64,000 nt of DNA, taken from NCBI GenBank assembly GCA_030324005.1, contig JARDVH010000193.1:23454192-23518191 (forward strand), in the 5' to 3' direction. Made by a program: the position numbers and the translations under genes. The stretch's first letter is position 1. Each line of letters opens with the position of its first letter. Under the pieces are notes generated by a model, which did no database searches, was not told the origin of the DNA, and saw only the letters and a program-made list of their open reading frames with translations. This document shows positions 1-13,399 of the stretch, piece by piece. Source of the DNA: Negaprion brevirostris. Taxonomy: Eukaryota.

Positions 1-265
1 TGAGAATAGAAGCATGGGAAATGTGGTGGACATGTTCAACCACAGTCAAGATGGGAGAATCCTCAGTTGAGGAAGAAAAAGACATCTCAGAAGTACTATT
101 GTGGATGATTGAATTGCCAGAAGAGATGTGATGGATTCAAAGGAATTGGGAGAATGGAATAGAATCCTTATAGGGGGTATGATGCAAGGAAGTAGGGGTC
201 AGTGGGCTTATAATGAATATTAGTTGATAGCTTATAGCCAGAGGGAGGGAATGGAAGAGTCAGAC
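1..265 (-). mobile_element. Probable Penelope-like retroelement fragment
   Basis: Purine-rich decayed sequence resembling the reverse strand of elasmobranch Penelope RT regions; recognised by pattern only. Confidence 0.35.
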
Positions 266-437
266 AAGTCCAAAGATGTGCGGGTTAGGTAGATTGGCCA
301 TGCTAAATTGCCCCTTAGTATCCAGGGGACTAGCTAGGGTAAATGCATGGAGTTGTGGGGATTGGGCCTGGGTGGGATTATGGTTGGTACAGACTTGATG
401 GGCCAAATGGACTCCTTCTGCACTGTAGGAATCTATG
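265..437 (+). mobile_element. 3' part of HE1-like tRNA-derived SINE (CR1-type tail)
   Basis: gtccaaagatgtgcgggttaggtagattggccatgctaaattgcccc...gggccaaatggactccttctgcactgtaggaatctatg; same as copies at 56403 and 51342. Confidence 0.8.
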
Positions 438-2159
438 ATGTGAAGGCAGGAGAAGAGTGGAAATTGGAAGCAAAGTTGAAGTTTTCCTTTTCAGGACATG
501 GCATGAGGGAGCCTGAGTTGGACTGGGAAATGAAATGTTTGTCATATCATGTACAAAGGACGGACAGGTCAAACTAGATTGTTCTTGCATATCGCTAGTG
601 GAATTTTGAATGCTAACTGAAAGTGGGCAGAAAAATTGACCATAAAATTATCAGCAATTCTTCATTACTTTGTGATGTTTTAGAACCTGAAGACCTAATG
701 AACATTAATGACATGTTCTCAGGTGAAATTTTTAACATTGTTTCACCCACAGAGATATAGTCAAAATCTTCAAAACAATCATCTATCTTTCCTAGTCCAG
801 ACTTCTGAAAAGCAGAAAAACATGAGGCTGAATAGGGAAATACACATTTCTGCATATGTGAAGCAAAGAGTTAATTTGCACATTTCCTGTGCCTATGGCT
901 GAGAGTACTGTAAATTAGAAAGTATGCAGTATTTTCAAATTCACTTCGTTAAAGATAGGACATGTAAAAACATAAGTTGAGAGTGAAAAAAATTGAAATT
1001 ATCATCATTTAATATATTAAAAATTTACCTTGAGGATATGGAGAAAAGTTTTTGTATTTAAAAAAAAGAATTAAACTTGAAAACCATTGTGTGAAGCTGT
1101 AATTGTGTACTTTTATACCTGAATGGAGACAAACAAGATAATTTAGAAATCTGTTGGTTGTAATTTGCCCATTATTTCTTAAATATTTTAAAGAATCTTA
1201 CCAGAAGAGACTTGATTAATTGTGGTTTAAATATGCTTTGCATTATTAAGCTAAAACTGATCAAGATTGAATTTCTGTTCCCAATTACATGAACTCCAGT
1301 TGTTTACAGTGTTTTATGCAGAAATATTCATTGGTTGCTACTTCACCATGTATTGTAAGGCCATATTTTAATATACTCATATTTCACATGTCAATAAAAT
1401 AATATCAAGAAAAGGATCTTTTACGTTATCTGATGATTTGGCTACCATTCGATTCTTCATGCAGAGAAGCCAAGCATGACATAAGATGTTGAGAATTGGA
1501 GCAAACATATCTCCATACTTGGAATAATTAAAAAAAGGGTTGTTTCTCCTAGTTGAAGCTGGGATTGATCTTATACTTTCCAGTGATGTGTGTACATTTC
1601 TGGATGGGAATGTGTTTATATGTTTTGTGTTTTCTATATTTATTCTGTAAAATTATACATCTGACTGCAAAAACATTATTTTATGCATTTGTTTTATATG
1701 ATGATGGCTTTGTGGATACCCATGGCGAAGTGATGACGGTATGGATTAGGAAATTCCAAGCCTCTGCTAAGTTATTTGATAGGCTGGGAAATGAAGTATT
1801 ATAGTTGGCATCAATTATTGCATTTAGGTAAAATCTGATTTTATAATCTATGTTGGAAATTTGTTTCTGTATATTATCACAGGAGAATAGTGTTAGTGTG
1901 TCAGTAGTTTCCCTGGTCAAACCAGATCCACCTTTTCCTAACATTTTCTTCTTTGACTTAGACACCATTTTGTCCAATTAGACTACTATGATCTTTTTCT
2001 ACATTAAAGGTACAGTATAGATTAATGTTGTAGCATGCTGTCTATGGTTACATATGGCTATTTCAGACAGCTGTCTCAGTTGTTTTTACAAATACTTGCA
2101 GCATTATTTTCTGTCCAACAATGTTATTTATTAAATAATGGGAGCTTGTCAGGAAGGCA

Positions 2160-4345
2160 CAGTGATAGACTGAAAAAATCAGCTGGGTAAAATTGGTCCA
2201 GATGAGGAATTTTCTTAGAATAGCATGTATTGGAGTCAATCAGAAAGCAGGCTATACTTGACCTGATATTGTACAACAAGGTAGGTTTAATTAATGACCT
2301 CATTACGAAGTCCCCCACAAAGGTAGCAGCGATTATAATGTGATTGAGTTTTACATTCAGTTTGAGGAAGAGAAGAGTAGACCTAAAACTAGTATTTTAA
2401 ACATAAGGGCAACAATGAGGGCATGAAAGCAGAGCTAACTAAAATGAATTGGCAAATTACATCAGGAATACATCTGTAGAGGTGCAGTGGCAGACATTTA
2501 AGGGGATATTTCAGAATACACTGAATAGATACATTCCAATGAGAATGAGAAATTCCAAGCGGGTGGACCCACCATCCATGGTTAATAACTAAAAAAGTTA
2601 AAGATAGTATCAAACTTAAAGAAAAAGCATAGAATTACACAAAGATGAATGGCAAATCAGAGGATTGGACAGAATATTTTTTTAAAAAGCAAAGAATGAC
2701 TAAAAATTAGTTAGGAAGGAAATTGAATTTGAGAGAAAGCTAGCTAGAGATGTAAAGAAAAATATAAAATGAGAATTTCTGTAGATAAGTGAAAAAGAAA
2801 AGAGTTAACAAAGTGAGTGTTTGTCCTTTACAAAGTGAGTCTGTGGAATTAATAATAGAAAGTAAGGAGATGGCAGATGAATTGAACAAGCATTTTGCGG
2901 CAGTGTTCACCACAGAGGACACTAGCAACATTTCAGAAACAGTTTTAAATCAGGAAATAGAAGGGAAGCAGAACGGAACTCAAGAAAGTTACAATCCCCT
3001 GGGTCCTGGTGGGTTTCATTCTGGGGTCTTAAAAGAAGTGGTTTTAATTTGACAAAATTCTCTAGATTCAGAGATGGTTCATTAGATTAGAAGGTAGCAA
3101 ATGTAACTCCTTTATTCAAAAAGGGTGAGAGACAGAAAGCAGCAAACTGAAGGTCAGGAAATAGGGAAAATTTTAGAAAGACATTATGGCAGGGCACTTG
3201 GAAAGTCAGGCTTTATTTTGTGAAAAGGAAATCATATTTAATCAAATTATTGGAGTTATTTGAAGAAGTAGCAAGTGTTGTGGATAATGGGGAGCTGGTA
3301 GGTGTACCATACTTAGATTTCCAGAAGGTATTTGATAAGGTGCCACGTCAAAGGTTTTTGTGCAGTATGAAGTCCCATGATGTAAAGGGTAATATATTGG
3401 CATGGAAATAAGATTGTTTCCTGTTAGCTAGCCAGAGGAAAGCCATAAATGGATCTTTTTCTGGTGGCAAGATGTAATGAATGGTGTGCCACAGGGATCA
3501 GTGCTGGGACCTCAACCTTTTGTTATTTGTATAAAAGACTTGAATGAAGGGACTGAAGGCATGGTTGCTAAATTTGCTGATAACACAAAAGATAGAGTTG
3601 CAAAATGTGAGGTGGACGTAAAGAGGCTACAAAGAGATTTGGATATGTAAAGTGAGTGGAGAAAGGTCTTGCTAACGGAGTGTAATGTAGGAAAATGTGA
3701 AATTATCCATTTTGGCAGGAATAATTTTAAAAATTAGCATATTATCCACATGGTGATGGATTGCTGAGCTCTGAGATCTGATGGGCTTTGTGCATGAATC
3801 ACAAAAGGTTAGTATGCAGGTACAGCAAGTTATTAGGAAAGCTAAAAGATTGTTATCATTTATCATGAGAGGAATGGAATACGAAAGTAGGGACGTTATG
3901 CTTCAGTTACACAGAACATTGGCGAGACCACATCTGGAGTTCTATGTATCGTATCTCCTTATTTAAGAAAGGATATGTAAATGCATTGGAACCAGTTCAG
4001 ATATGGTTTACCAGACTAATATCTGGAATGGGCAGGTTATCTTAACAGGAAAGCTGAGACAGGTTAGACTTGTATCCATTGGAGTTTAGAAGAGGAAGAG
4101 GTGACTTGATTGAAACATACAAGATCCTGAGGGGCCTTTGCAGGGTTAATGTGAAGAGCATGTTTCCCGTTGTGCGAGAATCGAGAACTAGAGGTTACTG
4201 TTTTAAAAAGGGTGCACAGTCATATGGATTGGTGGGAACATGGAGTTGAGGTTACAATCTGATCAACCATGATCTTACTAAATGGCAGAGCAGGCTCCAA
4301 AGAACTACATTGCCTCCTTCCGCTCCTAATTTGCATGTTTGTAAA
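2160..4345 (+). mobile_element. Decayed CR1-type LINE, ORF2 reverse transcriptase to 3' end
   Basis: Frameshifted pieces MADELNKHFAAVFT, YLDFQKVFDKVP, GVPQGSVLGP, FADNTK, LARPHLEF; CR1-like 3' tail. Confidence 0.92.
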
Positions 4346-4584
4346 TATTATAGAAACTGTAATATTTTCACTGTCAACTGTAACATGGGAGCAAAGTTTG
4401 TCTATTAGTAAGCTTTAGAAATCTCAGAGACTTGATGATATCATCATGTCTCAATCAATGCTGTGCAAAATATAACCTCACTGATATGACTCAAGAATAT
4501 TGATTACTTATCAATCTTGTTTGCAGTGATTAATTTATTACCACTAAGCTACTATTGATATTGAATAAAAGAGTGCATAGATTG

Positions 4585-5760
4585 AACATAAAAACATGAC
4601 AAATAGGAGCAGGAGTAGGCTATTCGGCCTCTTAGCCTGCTCTGGCACTCAATAAGATCATGGCTGATCTGACAGTAGCCGTAACTCAATTTTCCTGCCA
4701 GCCTCCCTAACCTCTGATTCCCTTGTCAATCAAAAATATGTGTAGCTCAGAGCTGATATATTTAATGACTCTGCCTTCATTGCTTTCTGGATAAGTCAAA
4801 GACTAATGTGCCTTTGAGAGAAGAAATACCTCCTCATCTCCATCTTAGATGGAAGACCTTATTGTTTAAATTGTGCCTCTTGCTTCAAGAATCCCTTGTG
4901 GGAGGAAGCATTCTCTCTGCATCCACTTTGTCACGCTCCCTCAGAATCTTGTCAGTTTCAGTGAGACCACCTCTTATTCGGCTAAACTCCAATGCATATA
5001 GGCCTAACCTGCTCAACCTTTCCACATAAGACAAATCCCTCATCCCAGGAATCAGCCTAGTGAACCTTCACTAACTGCTGCCAGTGCACATGTTGTATTC
5101 CTTAAGTCAGGAGACCAAAACTGTACACAATACTCTAGCTGTAGTCTTACCAATGCCCTCTGTAAAAAGACTTCCCTACTTTTAATACTACACCCCCTGA
5201 AATAAAGGCCTGCATTCAATTTGCCTTCCTAATTACTTACTGGACTGCATGCTGACTTTTTTGTGATTTGTATATGCCCACCCAGATTCCTCCATACTTC
5301 TGCATTATGTCGTCTCCATTTAGATGATATGCTTTTCAATTATTCCTACCAAAGTGGACAACCTCACATTTTCCCACATTACACTTCTGCCAAACTTTTG
5401 CCTACTCATTTTATCCATAATGCCTGTTATATTTTCAAAGAACTCTAATAAATTTGTCAAACACTATTCACCTTTCACAAAATTGTGTTTACTCACAGTA
5501 TTGTATTTTCTAAATGCCTTGCTATCTCTTTAATAATGGACTCTAGCATTTGCCCAAAGACAGATATTAAGCTTACTGGCTTATAGTTTACTGCTCTCTT
5601 TTTCCCTCTTTTCATGAACAGAGGTTTTACATTTATAGTTTTCAAATCCACTGGGACCCTTCTAACATTTAGAATTTTTGAATGCATCCATTATCCCTGC
5701 AGCTATTTTTTTAAGACCATTGGATGCAGGCCACCAGATTCAGATGACTTGTCAACCTTG
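4585..5760 (-). mobile_element. CR1-type LINE 3' portion, reverse orientation
   Basis: Starts with reverse-complement CR1 tail (gaacata...aataggagcaggagtaggc); minus-strand ORF NVKPLFMKRGKKRAVNYKPVSLISVFGQMLESIIKE. Confidence 0.88.
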
Positions 5761-5891
5761 TAGTAGTTTCGCCGTTACTTTTTTTAATACTTGCGCAGTC
5801 GCAAGTCAAGTGGGTCCTTTTTTTCAAATAATTTTCCTTAACAAGTTTTTTCAGTTGTTAAGCTAACCAGGAAAGCAGGGATGCAAGTATA

Positions 5892-6680
5892 TTTTATTCA
5901 TTCATGGGACATGGGCATCGCTGGCTGACCAGCATTTATTGCCCATCCCTAGTTGCCCTTAGAAGACAGGTGAGAGTCAACCACATTGTTGTGGCTTTGG
6001 AGTCACATATAGGCCAGACCACGTAAGGACCTAGATCTTGTTTGCACTGATTAGTTTATTACCACTAAATTATTGTTGATATTAGATAATAAGAGTGCAT
6101 AGATTGAACATAAAAACATGACAAATAGGAGCAGGAGTAGGCTTTTCAGCCTCTTAGCCTGCTCTGGCACTCAATAAGATCATGGCTGATCTGACAGTGG
6201 CCACGACTCCATTTTCCTGCCAGCCTCTCTAACTTTTGATTCTTTGTCAATCAAAAATATGTCTAGCTCAGAACTGATATATTTAATGACCCTGCCTTCA
6301 CTGCTTTCTGGAGAAGTGAATGTCAAAGATTAATGTGTCTTTGAGAGAAGAAATATCTCAATATCTCCATCTTAGGCAGATTTCCTTCCCTAAAGGGACA
6401 TTAGTGAACCAAATGGGTTTTTCCGACGGTCGACAATGGTATGACAATAGAGGGTTATAGGTAAGCCTAGTAGGTAGGGACACGTTCGGTGCAACTTATG
6501 GGCCGAAGGGCCTGTTTGTGCTGTAGTTTTTCTATGCTTCATCAGTAGATTCTTAATTCCAAATTTAATTCAAATTCCAGCATCCTCAGTGGCAGGATTC
6601 AACTCTGCATCCCCAGAATATTAGCTGAGTTTCTGGATTGATAGTCTAGCGATAACACCACTCGGTCGTTCCCTCCCCTT
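5892..6680 (-). mobile_element. tRNA-derived SINE (second family), interrupted by two insertions
   Basis: Collinear with the reverse complement of the copy at 11279-11625; insertions at 6031-6374 and about 6440-6536. Confidence 0.75.
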
Positions 6681-7284
6681 ATACTTCAGGAAGCATGCTA
6701 TTAGGGACATGTTATTGAAAAATGTAGGTAGAGTCTGTTATTAGCCCATTTGAAATATTGTNNNNNNNNNNNNNNNNNNNNNNNNNNNNNNNNNNNNNNN
6801 NNNNNNNNNNNNNNNNNNNNNNNNNNNNNNNNNNNNNNNNNNNNNNNNNNNNNNNNNNNNNAAATATTGTTATTTCAGAGTTGTAGATCCAGAATCCTGT
6901 CAAATTTACAGATACATTAATTGATGTGATTCATTTTTTAGCAGCAGGAACTTGTGTAACAGAATTTGCAATAAAATGGTATCTTTCTGCTAAGTATTGT
7001 AATCAAACTTGAATATCATGTACATGATTGTCATTACCTAAACAACAGAGCGTGTTCTTGAAGTAAATAAAGAAGATGTTAACTTACTCCACTAAGTATT
7101 TGTGCTCCAGGGCCAGAGTTTCCGAGGATTGGAATATGTTCCTCATTCAAGCTACAGGCCTGCTGCAGTAAAGGCTTTCTTTGCTGTGTTCGAACAACAT
7201 GTGTTGGGCCCATTTTGAAAAGTGTGCTGACATTGCAGAGTTTTACCTTATATTAGCAAATTTAGTGCATATGAAAAGAATTGG

Positions 7285-7640
7285 TATTTACACAGGACTC
7301 AGGACACCTAAACTTGTTAAGTAGTTGCAGTGCAGGAGATGCAGCAACTAGTATTGAGCAGTGTCCCTCAGAGCAGTGATATGAATGGCCAGTTAAACTT
7401 TCCTGGTAGGTTAGTTGAGGGATAAATATTGACCAGGACACTGGGAGAACTCCCTAGTTCTTCTTTGAATTGTGCCTTGTAATTTATGATGGCAGATTGG
7501 ACAGTGGTCTAGTATCTCAGTCAAAAAATTACACATCCAACAGTACAGCACTCTTTAAGTACTGCATTGAATTGTCAGCCCAGATTATGTGTAAAATGTT
7601 TGAAGTGAAATATGAACCCATGATCCTCTGATTCAAAACC
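7285..7640 (-). mobile_element. Old Deu-domain SINE (SacSINE1/AmnSINE-like), reverse
   Basis: gttgagggataaatattgaccaggacactgggagaactccc is the reverse complement of the Deu core seen at 20880 and 22910. Confidence 0.75.
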
Positions 7641-7864
7641 GAGGTTAACACTCTCTAATACATTTCAGGATCATGTTAAATAATTGCTTCAATGAAGTTG
7701 AGAAATCCGAGTGGCCTCATAGAATGGCCACCATGAATCAATGGTAAAAGTTGACAATTTGGTGAGAGTTGAAATAGTGCTACATGTTAAATATTTAATT
7801 TAACTTAATATATTTTATATATTACTTAAATTAGACCAAGTAATTTGTTTTTAATTAAATGATT

Positions 7865-8200
7865 TTTATTTCATTTATTGTTATCCTATGTATTAGCATA
7901 CAGTGAAAAGTATTGCTTCTTAGGTGCTATACAGACAAAGCATACTGTTCATAGAGAAGGAAATGAGACAGTGCAGAATGTAGTATAGCAGTCATAGCTA
8001 GGGTGTAGAGAAAGATCAACTTAATTCAAAAACCTTATGGCAGCGGGGAAGAAGCTGTTCTTGAGTCGGTTGGTACACAACCTCAGACTTTTGTATCTTT
8101 TTCCCGACAGAAGAAGTTGGAAGAGAGAATGTCCGGGGTGCATGGTGTCTTTAATTATGCTGGCTGCTTTGCCGAGGCAGTGGAAAATATAGACAAGGTT
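7865..8200 (-). mobile_element. Rex1/Babar-type LINE 3' end
   Basis: AASIIKDTMHPGHSLFQLLLSGKRYKSLRLCTNRLKNSFFPAAIRFLN, the typical C-terminus of Rex-Babar ORF2. Confidence 0.8.
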
Positions 8201-8279
8201 GTAAAGGGATTGCAGGATAAGTGGTGTGCTGCAGATGCAATAAGTTGAGTGTTTGTGGCGATTATAGCAATCCCAGACA

Positions 8280-10988
8280 TCAAAAGCAGTCAGCATCTGC
8301 ATTGTGAGAAATGTCAGCTTAGAGTTATTGAGCTAGTGTCCGAGATGCAGGCATTGTGAAATGTGGAGGTGGAGGAATGTCGTTGATATGGAGGAAGTTT
8401 GATCCAGGAGGCAATCAGACCCATTGGATTAGGGAAGTAGTATAGTTGCGGTTAGCAGTCACGGGCTGCAGAGTGTAACCACAAGTCAGGCAAGTAGAGT
8501 GTGTGCATTTTAAGAGCAGCTTTGGCCTCTTTTTTCCAACCGGTACAGGATTCTTGTTGCTGTAGTACAGGAGGCCATTCAAGTAGGGGGGTGTGGAAAG
8601 GAGTATGGAGTGGTAGGTGACAGTACTGACAGAGGAATAGATACTGCTTTCTTCAGCCATGACCAGGACCTCTGAAGACTCTGTTGCCTGTACAGAACTA
8701 GGATTAAGGGCATCTTGTGCTGGGAAAGAACTTGGGATGGGAAAGATTGGCTTCTATTGTTGTAGTCCATTTTGGAACAAACTACATGGGTTGAATGAGG
8801 ATTGTGTTTCTGCTGTAGAAGTTTTGAGGGGCTAGGCTTCAGATTAATAAACGGAACCTTGAAGGTCATAATTTCTGGATTTCTACTTGAGCCGCATGCA
8901 CATTGGTATATGGTCAAACAGATCAGTCAGTCGAGTATGTGGTTCAAAGAGTGGCATGGGAGACAGGGGTTTTTGATTCTTGGTTATTGACGTCGCTTTG
9001 AGGGAGAGAGGGAGCAGTTCTGTGGCTCCACTTTTAAGTCTAGGACAAGTGCCCTCGAATAACTAGGGGCTTAAAACCAAAAAAAAGGCAAGAGGATAGG
9101 CTCAGTTGAGAAAAAAGTATAAATCTAAAGAGAAAAGCCAAGGCTGTAGTGTAGTGTNNNNNNNNNNNNNNNNNNNNNNNNNNNNNNNNNNNNNNNNNNN
9201 NNNNNNNNNNNNNNNNNNNNNNNNNNNNNNNNNNNNNNNNNNNNNNNNNNNNNNNNNNNNNNNNNNNNNNNNNNNNNNNNNNNNNNNNNNNNNNNNNNNN
9301 NNNNNNNNNNNNNNNNNNNNNNNNNNNNNNNNNNNNNATTAATGACACAATTAGAGATAGTTGTGTTTGATCTATTCGCCTGTAGAGTCGCAGCTTCATG
9401 GTGACCAAGTTTAGGAAACAAATATTCCAGATTTCTTGACAGTTTGAAAAGACAGATAAAATGGGAATGGTTTGGGGGAATCCTGAGAATAAAGGATGAT
9501 ACAAGGACAAACATGAGGAAAGATCTTGGCTCTGAGGAACAGGAAGTAGAATCAAAAGTAGAATCCCAAAGATTTTCTCTCTCTAAGATGCTGCCCGGCC
9601 TGCTGAGATTTCCCAGCTTTCTCTGTTTTCGTTTCACATTCCAGCATCTGTAGAATTTTGCTATTGTCCGAAGTAGAATCAGTTTGAGTGGTGATGAGAA
9701 ATAGCAAGGGTCAGGAAATACTGGTGAAAATGGTTAATGGGCCTCTTATTAATAGTTACACTGTTAGATTATTAATTAAGGACTAAGAGGAACGCATAGC
9801 AAAAACAATGTAATAATCGTGAGACTTGACAAGTCAAATCAGCAAAAGTAGTTTGGAGGCTGAGTTTATACAATGCATTTGTGACAGTGTCCTAGAACAA
9901 ACGAAGGAAGATCTTCACTTGTGTAATGACACAAGGTTAATTCATAATCTCATAAGGGATCCTCTGAGGAAATGTGATCATAATATGATAGAATTTCACA
10001 CTGAGTTTGAGAAGAGCGTACGTCAGTCTGAAACTAGAGCATTAAATTTACATACAAAGGTTGATTGGGGAAAATTGATTAAAAAGGTATGATTATAGAT
10101 AAGCATTGGTGAATATTTAAAGAACTATTCATAATTGTCAATAAACATACATTCCCTTGAGAAATTTAAAAACTCTGTGGGAAAAATGATCCTTCCCTAA
10201 TTAACTAAAATGGTTAAGGATAATATTAGATTAAAATGAGCGGTTTATTGCCAAGGAGAGTAGCAAGCCTGAGGCTCAGCAGTATTAGAAACCAGAAAAG
10301 AATGACAAAAAATTTGATACAGAGAATAAACAAGCAAGAAATATAAATACAGATTTTTAAGAACTTGAACCAGTATGTGTAACAAAAGAGTAATCAAAGT
10401 AAACATTGATCCCTTAAAGGCCCAAACATAAGACATTGTAGTTGGAAATAAGGAATTGACAGTGATGTTAAACAAATATTTTTTCACAATAGAATACACA
10501 CAGCATGCCAGAAAAAAACGAGGAACCAATGATTTCATGAGTGAGGAACTTGAACTTTAAATAATATTAATAAAGGAAAAGGCACTGGAGAAATTAGTAG
10601 GACTAAAAACTGACATCCCCTGGATCAGGTGGCCTAGATTGTAGAGTTTTGAAAGAGGGAATTGCACATATAGCTGATAGTACCTGCAATGGTATTGATT
10701 TCCAAAATTCCCTAGATTCTGGAAGGTAGCAAATTTAACATTGCTTTCAAAAATGGAGGGAGAAAGAAAGCAGAACCTCAGGCCAGTTAGCCTGTCACTA
10801 GTCATTGAAAAAGTGCTGGAGTCCATTATTAAAGGAGTGNNNNNNNNNNNNNNNNNNNNNNTTTGGGCAGAATCAACATTTTTTTTAAGAGAAATCGCAT
10901 ATGACAAATTTTTGAAACTATCAGGTTTGATAAAGGGGAACTAATGGATGTTGAATATTTGGATTTTCAAAAGGCATTCAGTAAGATA
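8280..10988 (+). mobile_element. Long decayed CR1 LINE: ORF1 esterase region, endonuclease and start of RT
   Basis: VVGDST-RGIDT-like SGNH motif at about 8610, LCCL, KVIISGFL; DPLRKCDHNMIEF endonuclease end; NLRPVSLSLVIEKVLESIIK; contains gaps and a Penelope-type insert at about 9575-9665. Confidence 0.8.
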
Positions 10989-10989
10989 C

Positions 10990-11226
10990 AGCTTGGGTTA
11001 CTGTCTATACTGTTTCTGCATGTTCTCCCCATGTTTGCGTGAGTTTCCTCTGGGTGCTCCAGTTTCTGCCCACAGTCCAAAAGATGTGCGGATTAGGTGC
11101 ATTGGCCATGCTAATTTCTCCCTCAGTATACCCAAACAAGCACCAGAGTGTGGCAACTAGGGGATTTTAACAGTAATTTCATTGCAGTGTTAATGTAAGC
11201 TGACTTGTGACACTAATAAATAAACT
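10990..11226 (+). mobile_element. HE1-like SINE, 5'-truncated
   Basis: ttctccccatgtttgcgtgagtttcctctgggtgctccagtttc...attgcagtgttaatgtaagc...ctaataaataaac tail. Confidence 0.85.
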
Positions 11227-11278
11227 TGAAACTTTTCTGCACTGTAGCAGTTCTATGATTCTATGTATAGAATGTTAT

Positions 11279-11625
11279 GGGGAGGTAGTGGCACAGTGAT
11301 ACTATCACTGGACAAATAATCAGAGACCCAGAGTAATTCTGTGGGGAGCTGGGTTTGAAACGCGCCATGGCAGATGGTGAAATTTGAATATGGAAAAATA
11401 TGGAATTAAAAGTCTAACGATAACCAAGAAACCATTATCGATTGTTGTAAAAATCTCTTCTGGTTCAGTAATCCCCTCTAAGAAAGAAATCTCCTGTCCT
11501 TGCCCACTCTGGCCTCCAGACCCAGAACAATGTGGTTGACTCTGAAAATGCTGTAACAACCCACTCAGTTCAAGGGCAATTAGGTAAGAAATGCAGGCCT
11601 AGCCCACATTCCATGAATGAATAAA
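11279..11625 (+). mobile_element. tRNA-derived SINE (second family; other fragments near 23230-23550 and 26975-27140)
   Basis: A-box-like gtggcacagtg and B-box-like gggtttgaaac, shared body and tgaatgaataaaaaaa tail. Confidence 0.75.
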
Positions 11626-11737
11626 AAAACTCCTTCTGAAGACTGAGATAGGTAAGGAAAATTAGAATGGGGCAGAAAAGTGAGGTCAAAAAGCAGTCAT
11701 GATCTTATTGAATGGCAAAGAAGGCTTGAGAGATCTT

Positions 11738-11866
11738 GGGCTGAATTTCCCCGTCCTGCATGCAAAGGGAATCGTAGCGGGCGGAGGCAAACTGTGTAAA
11801 GGTCCATTGACCTCAGGCAGGATTTTCCAGTCTTGTGGCGAGTGTGGCCGGAAAATCCCGCTCCAT
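11738..11866. mobile_element. Small Harbinger-like MITE inserted in a CR1 3' tail (related copy at 13202-13313)
   Basis: Imperfect terminal inverted repeats gggctgaatttcc / ggaaaatcccgctc; the copy at 13202 has ggcgggattttac / gtaaaattccagtc. Confidence 0.6.
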
Positions 11867-13399
11867 AGATGTTGCATTATTTTACTTCTATGGTAATGCA
11901 ACTCAAAACTTCAGTCCTATCTTTTGAAGTTGCTATCCGCATGATTTTATAGTATTTGAGTCGCCTTCAGACACTTATTATGATAAGTGAAGTTTCAAAG
12001 TTAACGATGACATAAATCATGGAAACTTTTTAAGCAGAAAATTTTAACTGAGATCAATATCACTCCATAACTTCCTCAGCAGTGGATTGCCACTCCGTAG
12101 AGACTGCGTTTGAAACGGAAAGCACCTGTCTCACCCAACTTTCCTGACTGAAGCCGAGTGAGACTCCAGGAGCGAAGCAGTTTCTGACTCCAGTGATGGA
12201 ATGTGAAAGGAGCAGACTGAAGCAGGCCATGCCCCCTTTTTATAGTAATGCTGTCAGAAGGCACATGAGCTTAAAGGTCTCATTGAAAGGGAGAAGGTAG
12301 ATTTCAATGGTAAGTGAATGGGACGTGGGGTCAGAGAGCAGTCATCGGTGGGGGGAATCGACATTGTGAAGGAGAGACATCAAGGCATTGATGGGTGGAC
12401 ATGTCTGGACATTGGCAAGATGGGGATTTGGATATTGAAGGTTAGGGAGGTGCCAGGTCATGGGGTGGTGGTGTTCAGGTCGGGGAGAGTCAAGCCAGTG
12501 CGCTGTCAGATGTGTCGGTAGTGGTCAGATCTTTGGGAGAGGGGGGTGTGAAATCCTGTGCAGGGAATACCATGGGGGAGATCCCCTGGGGTACGGGGTA
12601 TAATGTGCAGGGCTCAGACTGGTGTTTTTTTCCTTATAACTCTTTTAGAGTAGCTATGGGTGTAAAACTGACAGAACCTTCTGAAGTTGGTAATTTAAAT
12701 CACTTTGGTGTATTATTCTAAGCCCAGCACAGTTGTGCAGGTAAATTAGCCAAGAGGAATTTCCGAGTACATCTTTGGGGTACCCCCCAAATGCGACAAT
12801 GGGGAGCCAAAAAGTTATGGCCCATCACTTTAAAGCAGCCCTGATACTTTGATATGAACATGTTCAACTGATTGACGTAGATAGCTTGGCTGGTCACACT
12901 CCCGCCACTGCCAGTGAGAACGGAGAAATTGTCAGTCAGCCAAATCTCCTCATGCAGCGGGATCAGAAAATCTGGCCTCTTGCATTTTAGCTTCAGTGCA
13001 TAATATTAATCTATTTCATTTTCAGTGAAGTCTAATGATTAACTATGACAAACTGCTATCCATCTGTTGTTATGTGTACTCTCCAGTCATTATACTTATA
13101 ATTGAGTTAAATGACAACTGTGATGCAACCTTCATGGTTTCATTTTGTTTAATGATTGAGAACATTGGTAATATATTAATGATGGACTGGAGAGAACTAT
13201 AGGCGGGATTTTACGGCCTTGCTCGCCCTGAAATTCCCACCCAAGGACCTTCCCATTGTTCACCCCTCATTTGCTCCGATTCCCGTGCCGAGCAAGACGG
13301 TAAAATTCCAGTCATGAGCTGGAAACTGTAAAAATGAAATTCTTATCTGTGCCTTCATTATTTGCAAATTCATAAATCTCAAATATTGAGCTATTGACC

